From contig JBBDKW010000018.1 of the NCBI GenBank assembly GCA_040879175.1, positions 1 to 56,388 on the forward strand: a DNA stretch of 56,388 nt, given 5' to 3'. The stretch is from Candidatus Saccharimonadales bacterium. Lineage in GTDB: Bacteria; Patescibacteriota; Saccharimonadia; Saccharimonadales; UBA10212. A program made the translations under genes and the position numbers. The stretch's first letter is position 1. Every line of letters starts with the position of its first letter. The notes under the pieces were generated by a model. It was given only the letters and a program-made list of their open reading frames with translations, was not told where the DNA came from and made no database searches. Of the stretch, positions 25,439 to 33,539 are shown piece by piece.

Positions 25439-25736
25439 CTGCTCTGTTTTTTGCTAGTGCATGACGAACCGAAGCAGTTATTTCACTGCAGACTCTTTCA
25501 ATTACGATGTCGTCGGCTGACATTTTCTCGTGCAGATCTACTGCTCCCTCGACATTAGGAGGTAGTCCGTCTACGTCTGTAAGTGTGGCTACGACCTCAT
25601 CAGTTCTTACAACAATATCGCCGCCCAAGTCAATTCCTGAAGAACCATAAAATTCCATCTCTACGCCACCTCTAATGTGGATATCGAACGCTCGATTTGA
25701 TCGCGGGATGAAGGGTGGGTCTTCATTTGTTGCCAT
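25425..25736 (-). CDS. Hypothetical acidic 103-aa protein wedged between tuf and rpsJ; possible paralog of 32304..32564
   Basis: The ATG is 4 nt after the tuf stop, and the 3' end overlaps the rpsJ start by 14 nt. It shares FDIHxR...FYG...DLGG with the ORF upstream of fusA. Confidence 0.5.
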   Translation of the reverse strand: MATNEDPPFIPRSNRAFDIHIRGGVEMEFYGSSGIDLGGDIVVRTDEVVATLTDVDGLPPNVEGAVDLHEKMSADDIVIERVCSEITASVRHALAKNRADGRS

Positions 25737-25740
25737 AGGG

Positions 25741-26922
25741 TTACTTCTCTATCTTGGTAACCACGCCGGCGCCGACGGTTTTACCGCCCTCGCGGATAGC
25801 AAATCGCAAACCCTGTTCCATTGCAATTGGCTGAAGTAAGTGAACCTTAAACGTAATAGTGTCGCCCGGCATTACCATCTCCTTGTCAGCCGGCAATTCA
25901 ACCTCACCGGTTACGTCGGTAGTTCGGAAGTAAAACTGCGGCTTGTAGCCCTTGAAGAATGGCGTGTGTCGTCCGCCTTCCTCTTTAGTCAGGATGTAAA
26001 CTTCACTCTCGAAATCGGTGTGAGGAGTAATGGAGCCCGGCTTGGCCAATACCTGACCGCGCTCGATGTCATCACGCTCTACACCTCGGAGCAATACACC
26101 GACGTTATCGCCGGCTTGACCCTGGTCAAGATTTTTTTTGAACATCTCAACTCCGGTTACGACGGTTTTCTTCGTAGGACGTAAGCCAACAATTTCAATC
26201 TCTTCATTGACTTTAACGACACCGGTCTCGATGCGGCCGGTAGCAACCGTCCCGCGCCCCTTAATGGAGAAGACGTCTTCAACGGCCAACAGAAACGGCT
26301 TGTCAAGGTCGCGCTTCGGCTCTGGAATAGACTCGTCCATCACCTTGAGCAACTCCATAACGGCTTCTTCGGCTTCTTTATCGCCTTCCAAAGCTTTGGT
26401 GGCAGAACCTTTGACAATCGGCGCGTTCTCGTCAAATTCGTATTTCTTCAAAAGTTCGCGAACGTCAGCTTCAACCAACTCTACAAGCTCGGGGTCAGCC
26501 AAATCCATCTTATTCAAAAAGACGATGATGTAAGGCACGCCAACCTGGCGGGCCAGCAGAACGTGTTCGCGCGTCTGCGGCATCGGGCCGTCAGCGGCCG
26601 AAACTACCAAGATGGCGCCATCAACCTGGGCAGCGCCGGTAATCATATTCTTTACATAGTCGGCGTGGCCGGGCATATCGATGTGGGCATAGTGACGCTT
26701 CTCGGTCTCGTATTCTTGATGCGAAACGGCAATCGTGATACCACGCTCTTTCTCTTCGGGCGCCTTGTCGATTTCTTCGAATTTAACCGGTTTGTTAATA
26801 TCGCTCGGCGATTTCTTTGACAATACGTGCGTAATCGCCGAAGTTAAGGTTGTTTTTCCGTGGTCAACGTGTCCCATAGTACCGACGTTAAGATGCGGTT
26901 TGGTTCGCTGAAATTCTGCCAT
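25741..26922 (-). CDS. tuf: Elongation factor Tu
   Basis: It starts [27 protein letters not shown] and contains DMPGHADY and NKMD. I chose the ATG at 26922 (AAGGAG 5 nt upstream); the track starts 2 codons earlier at a GTG. Confidence 0.98.
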   Translation of the reverse strand: MAEFQRTKPHLNVGTMGHVDHGKTTLTSAITHVLSKKSPSDINKPVKFEEIDKAPEEKERGITIAVSHQEYETEKRHYAHIDMPGHADYVKNMITGAAQVDGAILVVSAADGPMPQTREHVLLARQVGVPYIIVFLNKMDLADPELVELVEADVRELLKKYEFDENAPIVKGSATKALEGDKEAEEAVMELLKVMDESIPEPKRDLDKPFLLAVEDVFSIKGRGTVATGRIETGVVKVNEEIEIVGLRPTKKTVVTGVEMFKKNLDQGQAGDNVGVLLRGVERDDIERGQVLAKPGSITPHTDFESEVYILTKEEGGRHTPFFKGYKPQFYFRTTDVTGEVELPADKEMVMPGDTITFKVHLLQPIAMEQGLRFAIREGGKTVGAGVVTKIEK

Positions 26923-26996
26923 TTTCACTCCTTGTTATTAAGTTTTACTGATAAATAAGCATAGGTAATAGATACCACCCACGCGAGCTAGCGCCC

Positions 26997-27026
26997 ATTA
27001 TAGAGTAATGATCAGCGCTTTGTAAA
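26997..27026 (-). promoter_or_regulatory. Candidate strong sigma70-type promoter for tuf
   Basis: Minus strand reads TTTACA (27026..27021), an 18-nt spacer, then TATAAT (27002..26997). Confidence 0.55.
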
Positions 27027-27030
27027 GAGG

Positions 27031-27363
27031 TTAGTCAGAAGTAATCTCAGACTCGGTAATGTTAACTGCTTCTTCAAGTTCATCTATTTGTGTCTTGGAA
27101 TAGCTATGGGACTCCTCCAAATCCACCTCAACAATCTCACCAGAGGCATCACGACTAATCGTAGCTGCAACCCTAGTAGCTTTCTCCTTTGCCCCATATA
27201 TAAGATCAACCAGCGTACTTTGGGATGCTTCCCAAAATGACGCATGAAATATTTTTTCGCCAATTACTTTATTGTACTTTAATCCTACGCTCCCCAGGGC
27301 AAGCGCCGTGCCAAGTAACACTACTCTTTTGAGCCTCCGCTCCTCCTCGGGACTGAATTCCAT
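27031..27363 (-). CDS. Hypothetical 110-aa protein (N-terminal hydrophobic segment, acidic C-terminus)
   Basis: The ATG abuts the GT4 stop (TAGATG). It contains VVLLGTALALGSVGL. I recognise no family. Confidence 0.5.
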   Translation of the reverse strand: MEFSPEEERRLKRVVLLGTALALGSVGLKYNKVIGEKIFHASFWEASQSTLVDLIYGAKEKATRVAATISRDASGEIVEVDLEESHSYSKTQIDELEEAVNITESEITSD

Positions 27364-28536
27364 CTAGACGCGCCCCTTTTTGGCGATTTTTATGCGCTGC
27401 TGAATTTCCCGTCGTCTAACATCTCTGGCCCAAACCGATTCCAGCTCCTTCTTGCTCTTAAGGGTTATCCGTCGGATTTTTTCTTCTTCCCTCTCCCGGA
27501 TCCGGAATATCCGTAGAACCTTTTTATAGGCCCGCCCATACTGTTTGCTCATAATCTGGTAGTTAAAGAGCCGCCTAGCCCTTCTGGCGATATATTCGCG
27601 GTCCATCGCAAAGAGTTTGTCCATCTGGTGGTAGCCCTCGACCAAATCTTCTACCAGCAGCCCGGTCCTGCCTTCGTCAATCAACTCGGGCATCGAGCCT
27701 CGGGCTATAGCCATCGTCGGCGTGCCACAATAAGCCGCCTCGAGCACCGTTAGCCCAAAAGGCTCACGGAAACCAGTGGGGTGCAAGTTTAACCTGGCCT
27801 TACTCAAAAGCTTAATAGTCTGTCTTTTGTCAATTTCTCCTAAATACTCGACCAGCGGATGGCGGAAATATTTTTTGACCTCGCCCTTAAAGTAGTCGTC
27901 TCCCAGATAGTCGATTTTGCCGGCCAGCTTTATCTTGATTCCGTAGCTTAGGGCAAGTTCGATGGCCAGATGGGGGTTCTTTTCGCGGTCGAATCGGCCA
28001 ATGAAGCAAACATAATCCTCCGGACTTTTAGTCACCGGAAATTCCTTTGGATCTTCGCCGTTATAAACCGCTCCAACCCATTGCAGATCAGGGTATGCCT
28101 CCTGCTGGTTCTTAGATATCGACACGAAGTAGAGGCCCTGCCTCTTGGCGTAATAATCAAGCTGTTGGAAAATAATCGGCCCGTGTATGGTGGTTAGGTT
28201 CGGAAAATGTTCGAATTTCCGCAAATCAAAACCGTGTGAATGGATTATGTCGATGCTCGGCAGGATTTCTTTGAGCCTTTGCGTTGTATATCTCTCTATC
28301 TGTTTCAGCTCTTTCTCAAAAGCTGGCAAACCGGCCTTAGTTCGTGGAAAAAAAATAGCCTTTTTGACGATTGGAATAAGCTCGCAGTCAACTTTCGAAT
28401 CGCCGGGGGCGAACAGCACCGGCTCGTGCCCTCTTTCTTTTAGGCCTTTTATAAGATAGGCGATCACCCTTTCGGTGCCACCGTATTTTGGCGGCGGCAC
28501 AGGAATATATGGCGCGGCGACAATGGCAACTCTCAT
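27364..28536 (-). CDS. Glycosyltransferase family 4 (GT-B fold) with a basic C-terminal tail
   Basis: The 390-aa ORF has an N-terminal PYIPVPPPKYGGTERV and the retaining-GT signature REPFGLTVLEAAYCGTP. Confidence 0.8.
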   Translation of the reverse strand: MRVAIVAAPYIPVPPPKYGGTERVIAYLIKGLKERGHEPVLFAPGDSKVDCELIPIVKKAIFFPRTKAGLPAFEKELKQIERYTTQRLKEILPSIDIIHSHGFDLRKFEHFPNLTTIHGPIIFQQLDYYAKRQGLYFVSISKNQQEAYPDLQWVGAVYNGEDPKEFPVTKSPEDYVCFIGRFDREKNPHLAIELALSYGIKIKLAGKIDYLGDDYFKGEVKKYFRHPLVEYLGEIDKRQTIKLLSKARLNLHPTGFREPFGLTVLEAAYCGTPTMAIARGSMPELIDEGRTGLLVEDLVEGYHQMDKLFAMDREYIARRARRLFNYQIMSKQYGRAYKKVLRIFRIREREEEKIRRITLKSKKELESVWARDVRRREIQQRIKIAKKGRV

Positions 28537-28539
28537 AGA

Positions 28540-30072
28540 TTAAAAATGCTCTTTCTTCAATTCATACGGGTAATCGGGGTAGCGGGCGTTTAGCGAGCGG
28601 CTGGTTTTGAAGCGCGCAACTTTGGGAATATGTATCATTACTTCTCTCTCCAGCTCTTTCTGCCAAGGCTTCTGATGGAACCTACCTAAACGAAGTCCCG
28701 GACGTCTATCGGCCGAAATAGCAAATATAGCCGATACCGTCCAAGCTTGAATGCTTTCCGGCACGTTAGTGCTTTTTACTTCAAGGGCATGTGTGTGGCG
28801 ATGAGCCCGAGAAGACGAGCCCAGTACCCGCCCCCGGGGGTCGACATACAAATACTCAGGGTACCCCCGGCTTTTACGGACAACATTAAGCAGCCGGTTC
28901 TCGAGCTGTTTGGCAAGTTCCGGAAACCCCTGCCGCCGTAACCCCTTAGCAATATCATAAGTTTCTTTTGGCCAGCTGACATATGAGCCATGGTAATCCC
29001 AAAAAGGAATCAGGTTTGCCTCTGATAGAGCCCGGCTGCGGATACCGGCATCTGTCAAAAAGTCAGTCCCCATAATGTTACGCACAACGTTGCTGACGTA
29101 CTTTTCTTTATCCGTCTGAGCCAGATCATCAAAAAACCCGCTATTGAGAAGCGATGCCGGGTTGGCGGTTGTGGTCTTTATCATTCTAAGATTACCGTTC
29201 TGATCATAGTCGCTACCTAGTGCAAAATATTTCTTATCTTTTTGCCATAAAAGCATAATGGTCTGGTCGCGCAGCTTGTGAGCTTTATGCTTCAGCTCGT
29301 TTGCCCGCTGTGGTAAATATTCCGCAGCGCCGACTAAAGCATCGTAGGCCAACCCTTGTACTTCAATCGAAGCAACCGGCCTTGAGTGGTTTACCAACCG
29401 ACCGTTTTCGTGAACGTAAAACTCATTGGAATCTTTCCACGCCTGATTTTTAATTCCCTCATCATTGTGCGCGTGGTATTCAAGTAAGCCGCTTTTGGAA
29501 CAGTCAATCTTAGCCTCCACCCAAGCCAGTGCCTCGACCATTGCGTCTAACATTGTTACAGTCTGCCCGTCGCGCCGCACAATGTCTTTCCAGAGAATTC
29601 TGGGACTGTAAAAATCGCAGTATTCGCATAGCGTACGGATAAAATGGGGCGTAGCATCGACTGAGCCGTAATAAATTAAATTCTCTTCGTCCCCACCCCA
29701 ACGCCGACTCAAATTCTCAAAGATTTCGAGAGGCCGGCCACTTAGAGCTTTATCGTCAACGACCCTGGTGCGGTACTCGTGGATGATTCTGCCGGGCTCC
29801 TCCTCATTGGCGCTGTGATGAGCCAACCCCTGCAGTCTTGCAAGAGCAAGTAATATTCGCTTAGAAAGTTGCGACCGCAGAGTCATCAAATCTTCAGCTA
29901 CCACTAGCGAATCGCGGCCAAAAACCGCCCCCCTAAATAAGGTGTCCGAGCTGGCATAAACCCCCAGGCCGCTTTTAGAGATTACGTTTCTTAGCGCTAA
30001 TATTGGCGGAATTAGCAACTTGGGCTTCCTGATGAGCTGCCCAATTGCTTTATTGATAATAACTTTCACCAT
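28540..30072 (-). CDS. Amylo-alpha-1,6-glucosidase / glycogen-debranching-enzyme C-terminal-domain-like six-hairpin glycosidase
   Basis: The 510-aa ORF carries the motifs FGRDSLV, PGRIIHE, YGSVDATPHF, NQAWKDS, EVQGLAYDA, DAGIRSRA and YHGSYVSWP. Confidence 0.75.
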   Translation of the reverse strand: MVKVIINKAIGQLIRKPKLLIPPILALRNVISKSGLGVYASSDTLFRGAVFGRDSLVVAEDLMTLRSQLSKRILLALARLQGLAHHSANEEEPGRIIHEYRTRVVDDKALSGRPLEIFENLSRRWGGDEENLIYYGSVDATPHFIRTLCEYCDFYSPRILWKDIVRRDGQTVTMLDAMVEALAWVEAKIDCSKSGLLEYHAHNDEGIKNQAWKDSNEFYVHENGRLVNHSRPVASIEVQGLAYDALVGAAEYLPQRANELKHKAHKLRDQTIMLLWQKDKKYFALGSDYDQNGNLRMIKTTTANPASLLNSGFFDDLAQTDKEKYVSNVVRNIMGTDFLTDAGIRSRALSEANLIPFWDYHGSYVSWPKETYDIAKGLRRQGFPELAKQLENRLLNVVRKSRGYPEYLYVDPRGRVLGSSSRAHRHTHALEVKSTNVPESIQAWTVSAIFAISADRRPGLRLGRFHQKPWQKELEREVMIHIPKVARFKTSRSLNARYPDYPYELKKEHF

Positions 30073-30080
30073 CCGAAACC

Positions 30081-30196
30081 TAATTTACCATTTTATATTT
30101 ACCATTTTACATTTAATTAGCATTTAATCATTTAAACATTTGGCAAATGGCAAAATGATAAATAATTGGTAAATGTTAATTGATAAATGGTAAATA
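30081..30196. repeat. AT-rich mirrored CATT/AATG heptamer array C
   Basis: CATT starts at 30089, 30103, 30110, 30121, 30129 and 30137. After the centre ggcaaatggc, AATG units follow at 30146, 30154, 30172 and 30186. Confidence 0.7.
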
Positions 30197-30226
30197 TAAT
30201 ATTACTTGACTAGTCAAGTAATATTA
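30197..30226 (-). terminator. Perfect 30-bp palindrome overlapping the fusA stop; probable terminator hairpin or operator
   Basis: The palindrome taatattacttgactagtcaagtaatatta has perfect 15-bp arms. On the minus strand it is followed by TATATTTACCATTTATC. Confidence 0.5.
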
Positions 30227-32311
30227 CTCCCCTGATTTGGCGATGATGTTTTCGGCAACATTCGGCGGCACATCGGCGTAATGGTCAAGCTCCATTGTGC
30301 TCGAAGCCCGCCCCTGGGTCATACTGCGTAGATTTGTTGTGTAACCAAACATCTCGCCCAAAGGTACGAAAGCAGTTATCTGCTTTATGCCGGGGTTTAA
30401 GTCTTCCATACTTTCAATCCGGCCGCGCTTGGAATTCAAATCGCCAATTACGTCACCCATAAAATCTTCCGGCGTGATAGCCACCAGCTTCATAATCGGT
30501 TCCAGCAACACCGGATTAGCTCTTTTAACAGCGTCTTGCAATGCGGCGCTGCCGGCGATCTTGAAGGCTACTTCTGATGAGTCGACCTCATGGTAACTGC
30601 CATCATACAACTCGACCTTAACATCAACCACCGGATATCCGGCAATCACGCCGTTAGCCATCGCCTCCTCAATTCCGGCTCTGACAGCCGGAATAAACTC
30701 AGCCGGTATGACGCCGCCTCTGATGCTGTTGATAAATTCAAAGCCTTCGCCGGCTTCGTTTTGTGAAATCCGCAGCCAGCAATGGCCATACTGGCCGCGG
30801 CCGCCGGTCTGGCGGATGTACTTTCCTTCGGCTTCGACGCCGTCTTTGCGGATGGTTTCGCGGTAAGCCACCTGTGGCTGGCCAACGTTGGCATCAACCG
30901 TGAACTCGCGCTTCATCCTATCGACGATAATCTCAAGATGCAACTCCCCCATTCCGGAAATAATCGTTTGCCCGGTCTCGTGGTCGACTTTGATTCTGAA
31001 TGTTGGATCCTCCTCAGCCAGCCTGGTGAGCGCTTGGCTCATCTTTTCCTGGTCGGCCTTAGTCTTCGGCTCGATGGCAATACTGACCGGCGGTTCGGGA
31101 AAGTGAATGCTCTCAAGCAAAATCGGTTTGTTGGCATCCGAAAGCGTGTTTCCGGTTGTCGTGCCTTTAAGGCCCACGATGGCGGCGATATCGCCGGCCT
31201 CAATTTCCGTCACATCCTCACGCTTATCGGCGTGCAGGCGAACGATGCGACCAACTCGTTCTCTTTCACCTGTCGAGCTGTTATAGACGTAACTGCCGGC
31301 AGTGATTTTGCCGGAATAAGTCCTGAAGAACACCAGTTTGCCGACAAATGGGTCGGTGGCAACCTTAAAGGCCAGTGCTGCAAACGGCTCAGACACATCC
31401 GGCTTACGCTCAACCTCTTCGCCGTTTTTCGGGTTTGCACCCCAAGTACTGCCGCGGTCTAGCGGGCTGGGCAAAAAGTCATTGATGGCATCGAGTAGCT
31501 TTTCGACGATAACGCCACGGCCATCGCCGCCGCTTACGGCAAAGAACTGACCCGATAAAACAGCTTTGCGGATAGCCAGGCGGATTTCGTCTTCGCTCAA
31601 GCTTTCTTCTCCCTCTTCGAGGTACTTCTCCAGCAAAGCATCGTCCGATTCGACAGCCGCTTCAATAAGTAGATGCCGGTAGCGTTCGGCTTTTTCTTTC
31701 ATATCATCAGGAATCTCACCCTCGACCAGCTCTTTGTCGTGATACTCGTTGTAGGTGTAGGACTTCATATTTATCAGGTTTACTACGCCTTTCACTGATT
31801 GCTCAAAGCCGATGGGCAGATGGATGGGGTGCGCTCGCCGGTTTAGACGCTGGTGGATGCTCTCGAGGCTTTTATAAAAATCGCCGCCGGTCTGATTGAT
31901 TTTGTTGATAAAACAGATGCGCGGCACATTGTATTTGTCAGCTTGGCGCCAGACGGTTTCTGACTGGCTTTCAACGCCCATCTTGCCGTCAAAAACCACT
32001 ACCGTGCCATCGAGCACCCGTAGCGACCGTTCCACCTCGACCGTAAAATCAATATGCCCGGGTGTATCGATGATGTTGATTTTATGGTCTTTCCAAAAAC
32101 AGGTTACGGCGGCGGCCGTAATGGTGATGCCGCGCTCTTTTTCCTGGGCCATCCAGTCGGTAGTAGTCTCGCCCTTATGAACTTCGCCGATTTTGTGCTT
32201 TAAGCCAGTGCGATACAAAATACCTTCGGTAGTGGTAGTTTTTCCAGCGTCAATATGAGCAATAATTCCGATGTTCCTAACCTGTTCTAATGCGTATTTC
32301 TTGTCAGCCAT
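30224..32311 (-). CDS. fusA: Elongation factor G
   Basis: The 695-aa ORF contains [25 protein letters not shown] and NKINQ. Confidence 0.98.
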   Translation of the reverse strand: MADKKYALEQVRNIGIIAHIDAGKTTTTEGILYRTGLKHKIGEVHKGETTTDWMAQEKERGITITAAAVTCFWKDHKINIIDTPGHIDFTVEVERSLRVLDGTVVVFDGKMGVESQSETVWRQADKYNVPRICFINKINQTGGDFYKSLESIHQRLNRRAHPIHLPIGFEQSVKGVVNLINMKSYTYNEYHDKELVEGEIPDDMKEKAERYRHLLIEAAVESDDALLEKYLEEGEESLSEDEIRLAIRKAVLSGQFFAVSGGDGRGVIVEKLLDAINDFLPSPLDRGSTWGANPKNGEEVERKPDVSEPFAALAFKVATDPFVGKLVFFRTYSGKITAGSYVYNSSTGERERVGRIVRLHADKREDVTEIEAGDIAAIVGLKGTTTGNTLSDANKPILLESIHFPEPPVSIAIEPKTKADQEKMSQALTRLAEEDPTFRIKVDHETGQTIISGMGELHLEIIVDRMKREFTVDANVGQPQVAYRETIRKDGVEAEGKYIRQTGGRGQYGHCWLRISQNEAGEGFEFINSIRGGVIPAEFIPAVRAGIEEAMANGVIAGYPVVDVKVELYDGSYHEVDSSEVAFKIAGSAALQDAVKRANPVLLEPIMKLVAITPEDFMGDVIGDLNSKRGRIESMEDLNPGIKQITAFVPLGEMFGYTTNLRSMTQGRASSTMELDHYADVPPNVAENIIAKSGE

Positions 32312-32564
32312 AGCTATAAAAACTCTCTTCAGATTCTTCGAGATATGCTTCCACGGCCGCTACTACTGCCTTAGTGGGTAAGTGGTTGGGAATATAGAAC
32401 TTTCTTTCCTCGACTTGCACCCAATAGGCATGACCGCCTAGGTCCTCTAGTCCTTTATGCTCGCTTACTCTCCCCCCAAGTCCCCTATATAAAAAATCTT
32501 TATCCCTCCAATGTATGTCAAATATAAGAGGTTCTTCTTGGCCAGATGTTTCGTGGTTCCCCAT
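32304..32564 (-). CDS. Hypothetical acidic 86-aa protein wedged between rpsG and fusA; possible paralog of 25425..25736
   Basis: The ATG at 32564 is 7 nt after the rpsG stop, and the stop overlaps the fusA start (ATGGCTGA). It shares FDIHWR...LYRG...DLGG with the ORF downstream of tuf. Confidence 0.5.
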   Translation of the reverse strand: MGNHETSGQEEPLIFDIHWRDKDFLYRGLGGRVSEHKGLEDLGGHAYWVQVEERKFYIPNHLPTKAVVAAVEAYLEESEESFYSYG

Positions 32565-32571
32565 TACTAAA

Positions 32572-33051
32572 TTAGCTCCGGGCGAAGTGGGCGAAGGCAC
32601 GGTTAGCCTCGGCCATACGGTGGGTGTCTTCTTTTTTCTTCACTGCCGCACCACCACTGTTATAAGCGTCAACCAGCTCTGCGGCAATACGATCTTCCAT
32701 ACTCATACCTTTACGCTCGCGGGCGGCAGCCACAAACCACATTATTGCTAAGTGTTGCTGCCTCTGGCCTTTTACTTCGAAAGGAATCTGGTAATTAGCA
32801 CCGCCGACGCGCCGTGAGCGTGTCTCTAAGTGTGGTGAGATATTTTTCATCGCCTGTTCAAAGACTTCTAAAGGGTTTTGTACCTTGAGCCGGCCGGCAG
32901 CTTTTTGCATACCGTTATAAACCAACCGCTCGGCCAGTTGTTTTTTACCTTCCTGCATCACGCGGTTAATAAGCTTAGCCACGGCCGTGCTGTTATAAAT
33001 TCGGTCTGGTTCGGCCGGTCGAATAAGCGACTTGGTTACCTTTCGAGGCAT
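32572..33051 (-). CDS. rpsG: 30S ribosomal protein S7
   Basis: The 159-aa ORF contains NRVMQEGKKQLAERLVY and RRVGGANYQIPFEV. Confidence 0.98.
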   Translation of the reverse strand: MPRKVTKSLIRPAEPDRIYNSTAVAKLINRVMQEGKKQLAERLVYNGMQKAAGRLKVQNPLEVFEQAMKNISPHLETRSRRVGGANYQIPFEVKGQRQQHLAIMWFVAAARERKGMSMEDRIAAELVDAYNSGGAAVKKKEDTHRMAEANRAFAHFARS

Positions 33052-33056
33052 TGAGT

Positions 33057-33467
33057 TTATCTGCCCCTCTTGGTGCCGTATTTGCTGCGGCCCTTTTTAC
33101 GGTCTTGGACACCCTGCAAATCTAAATTACCCCTAACGATGTGGTAACGGACACCAGGAAGGTCTTTTACTCGGCCGCCGCGAACCAAAACAACAGCGTG
33201 CTCCTGCAAGTTGTGGCCTTCGCCGCCAATATAGGCCCAAACCTCCTGGCCGGTAGTTAGACGGACGCGAGCGACTTTACGCAGCGCCGAGTTTGGCTTC
33301 TTGGGAGTTTTTGTGGTAACTCGAATACAAACTCCGCGCTTAAACGGCGCGGACTTCTCGTAGCTGACAGTTTTTAGGTTATTGACCACGCGGTTCAAGG
33401 CCGGCGACGCCGACCTTTTGGCGGCCTTCTTGCGTGATTTACGGATTAACTGATTGACAGTAGGCAT
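33057..33467 (-). CDS. rpsL: 30S ribosomal protein S12
   Basis: The 136-aa ORF starts [10 protein letters not shown] and contains [17 protein letters not shown]. Confidence 0.98.
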   Translation of the reverse strand: MPTVNQLIRKSRKKAAKRSASPALNRVVNNLKTVSYEKSAPFKRGVCIRVTTKTPKKPNSALRKVARVRLTTGQEVWAYIGGEGHNLQEHAVVLVRGGRVKDLPGVRYHIVRGNLDLQGVQDRKKGRSKYGTKRGR

Positions 33468-33521
33468 ACAAAAGCTCTCCTAAGAAATTAGGCTATCGAT
33501 TTACCTCTAACCTTAACGAAT

Positions 33522-33530
33522 ATTTTAGCA
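33522..33530 (-). promoter_or_regulatory. Candidate extended -10 promoter for the rpsL-rpsG-fusA operon
   Basis: Minus strand reads TGcTAAAAT, 10 nt after the rpoC stop. A ~55-nt leader with AGGAGAG precedes the rpsL ATG. Confidence 0.4.
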
Positions 33531-33539
33531 TCTTAACTC

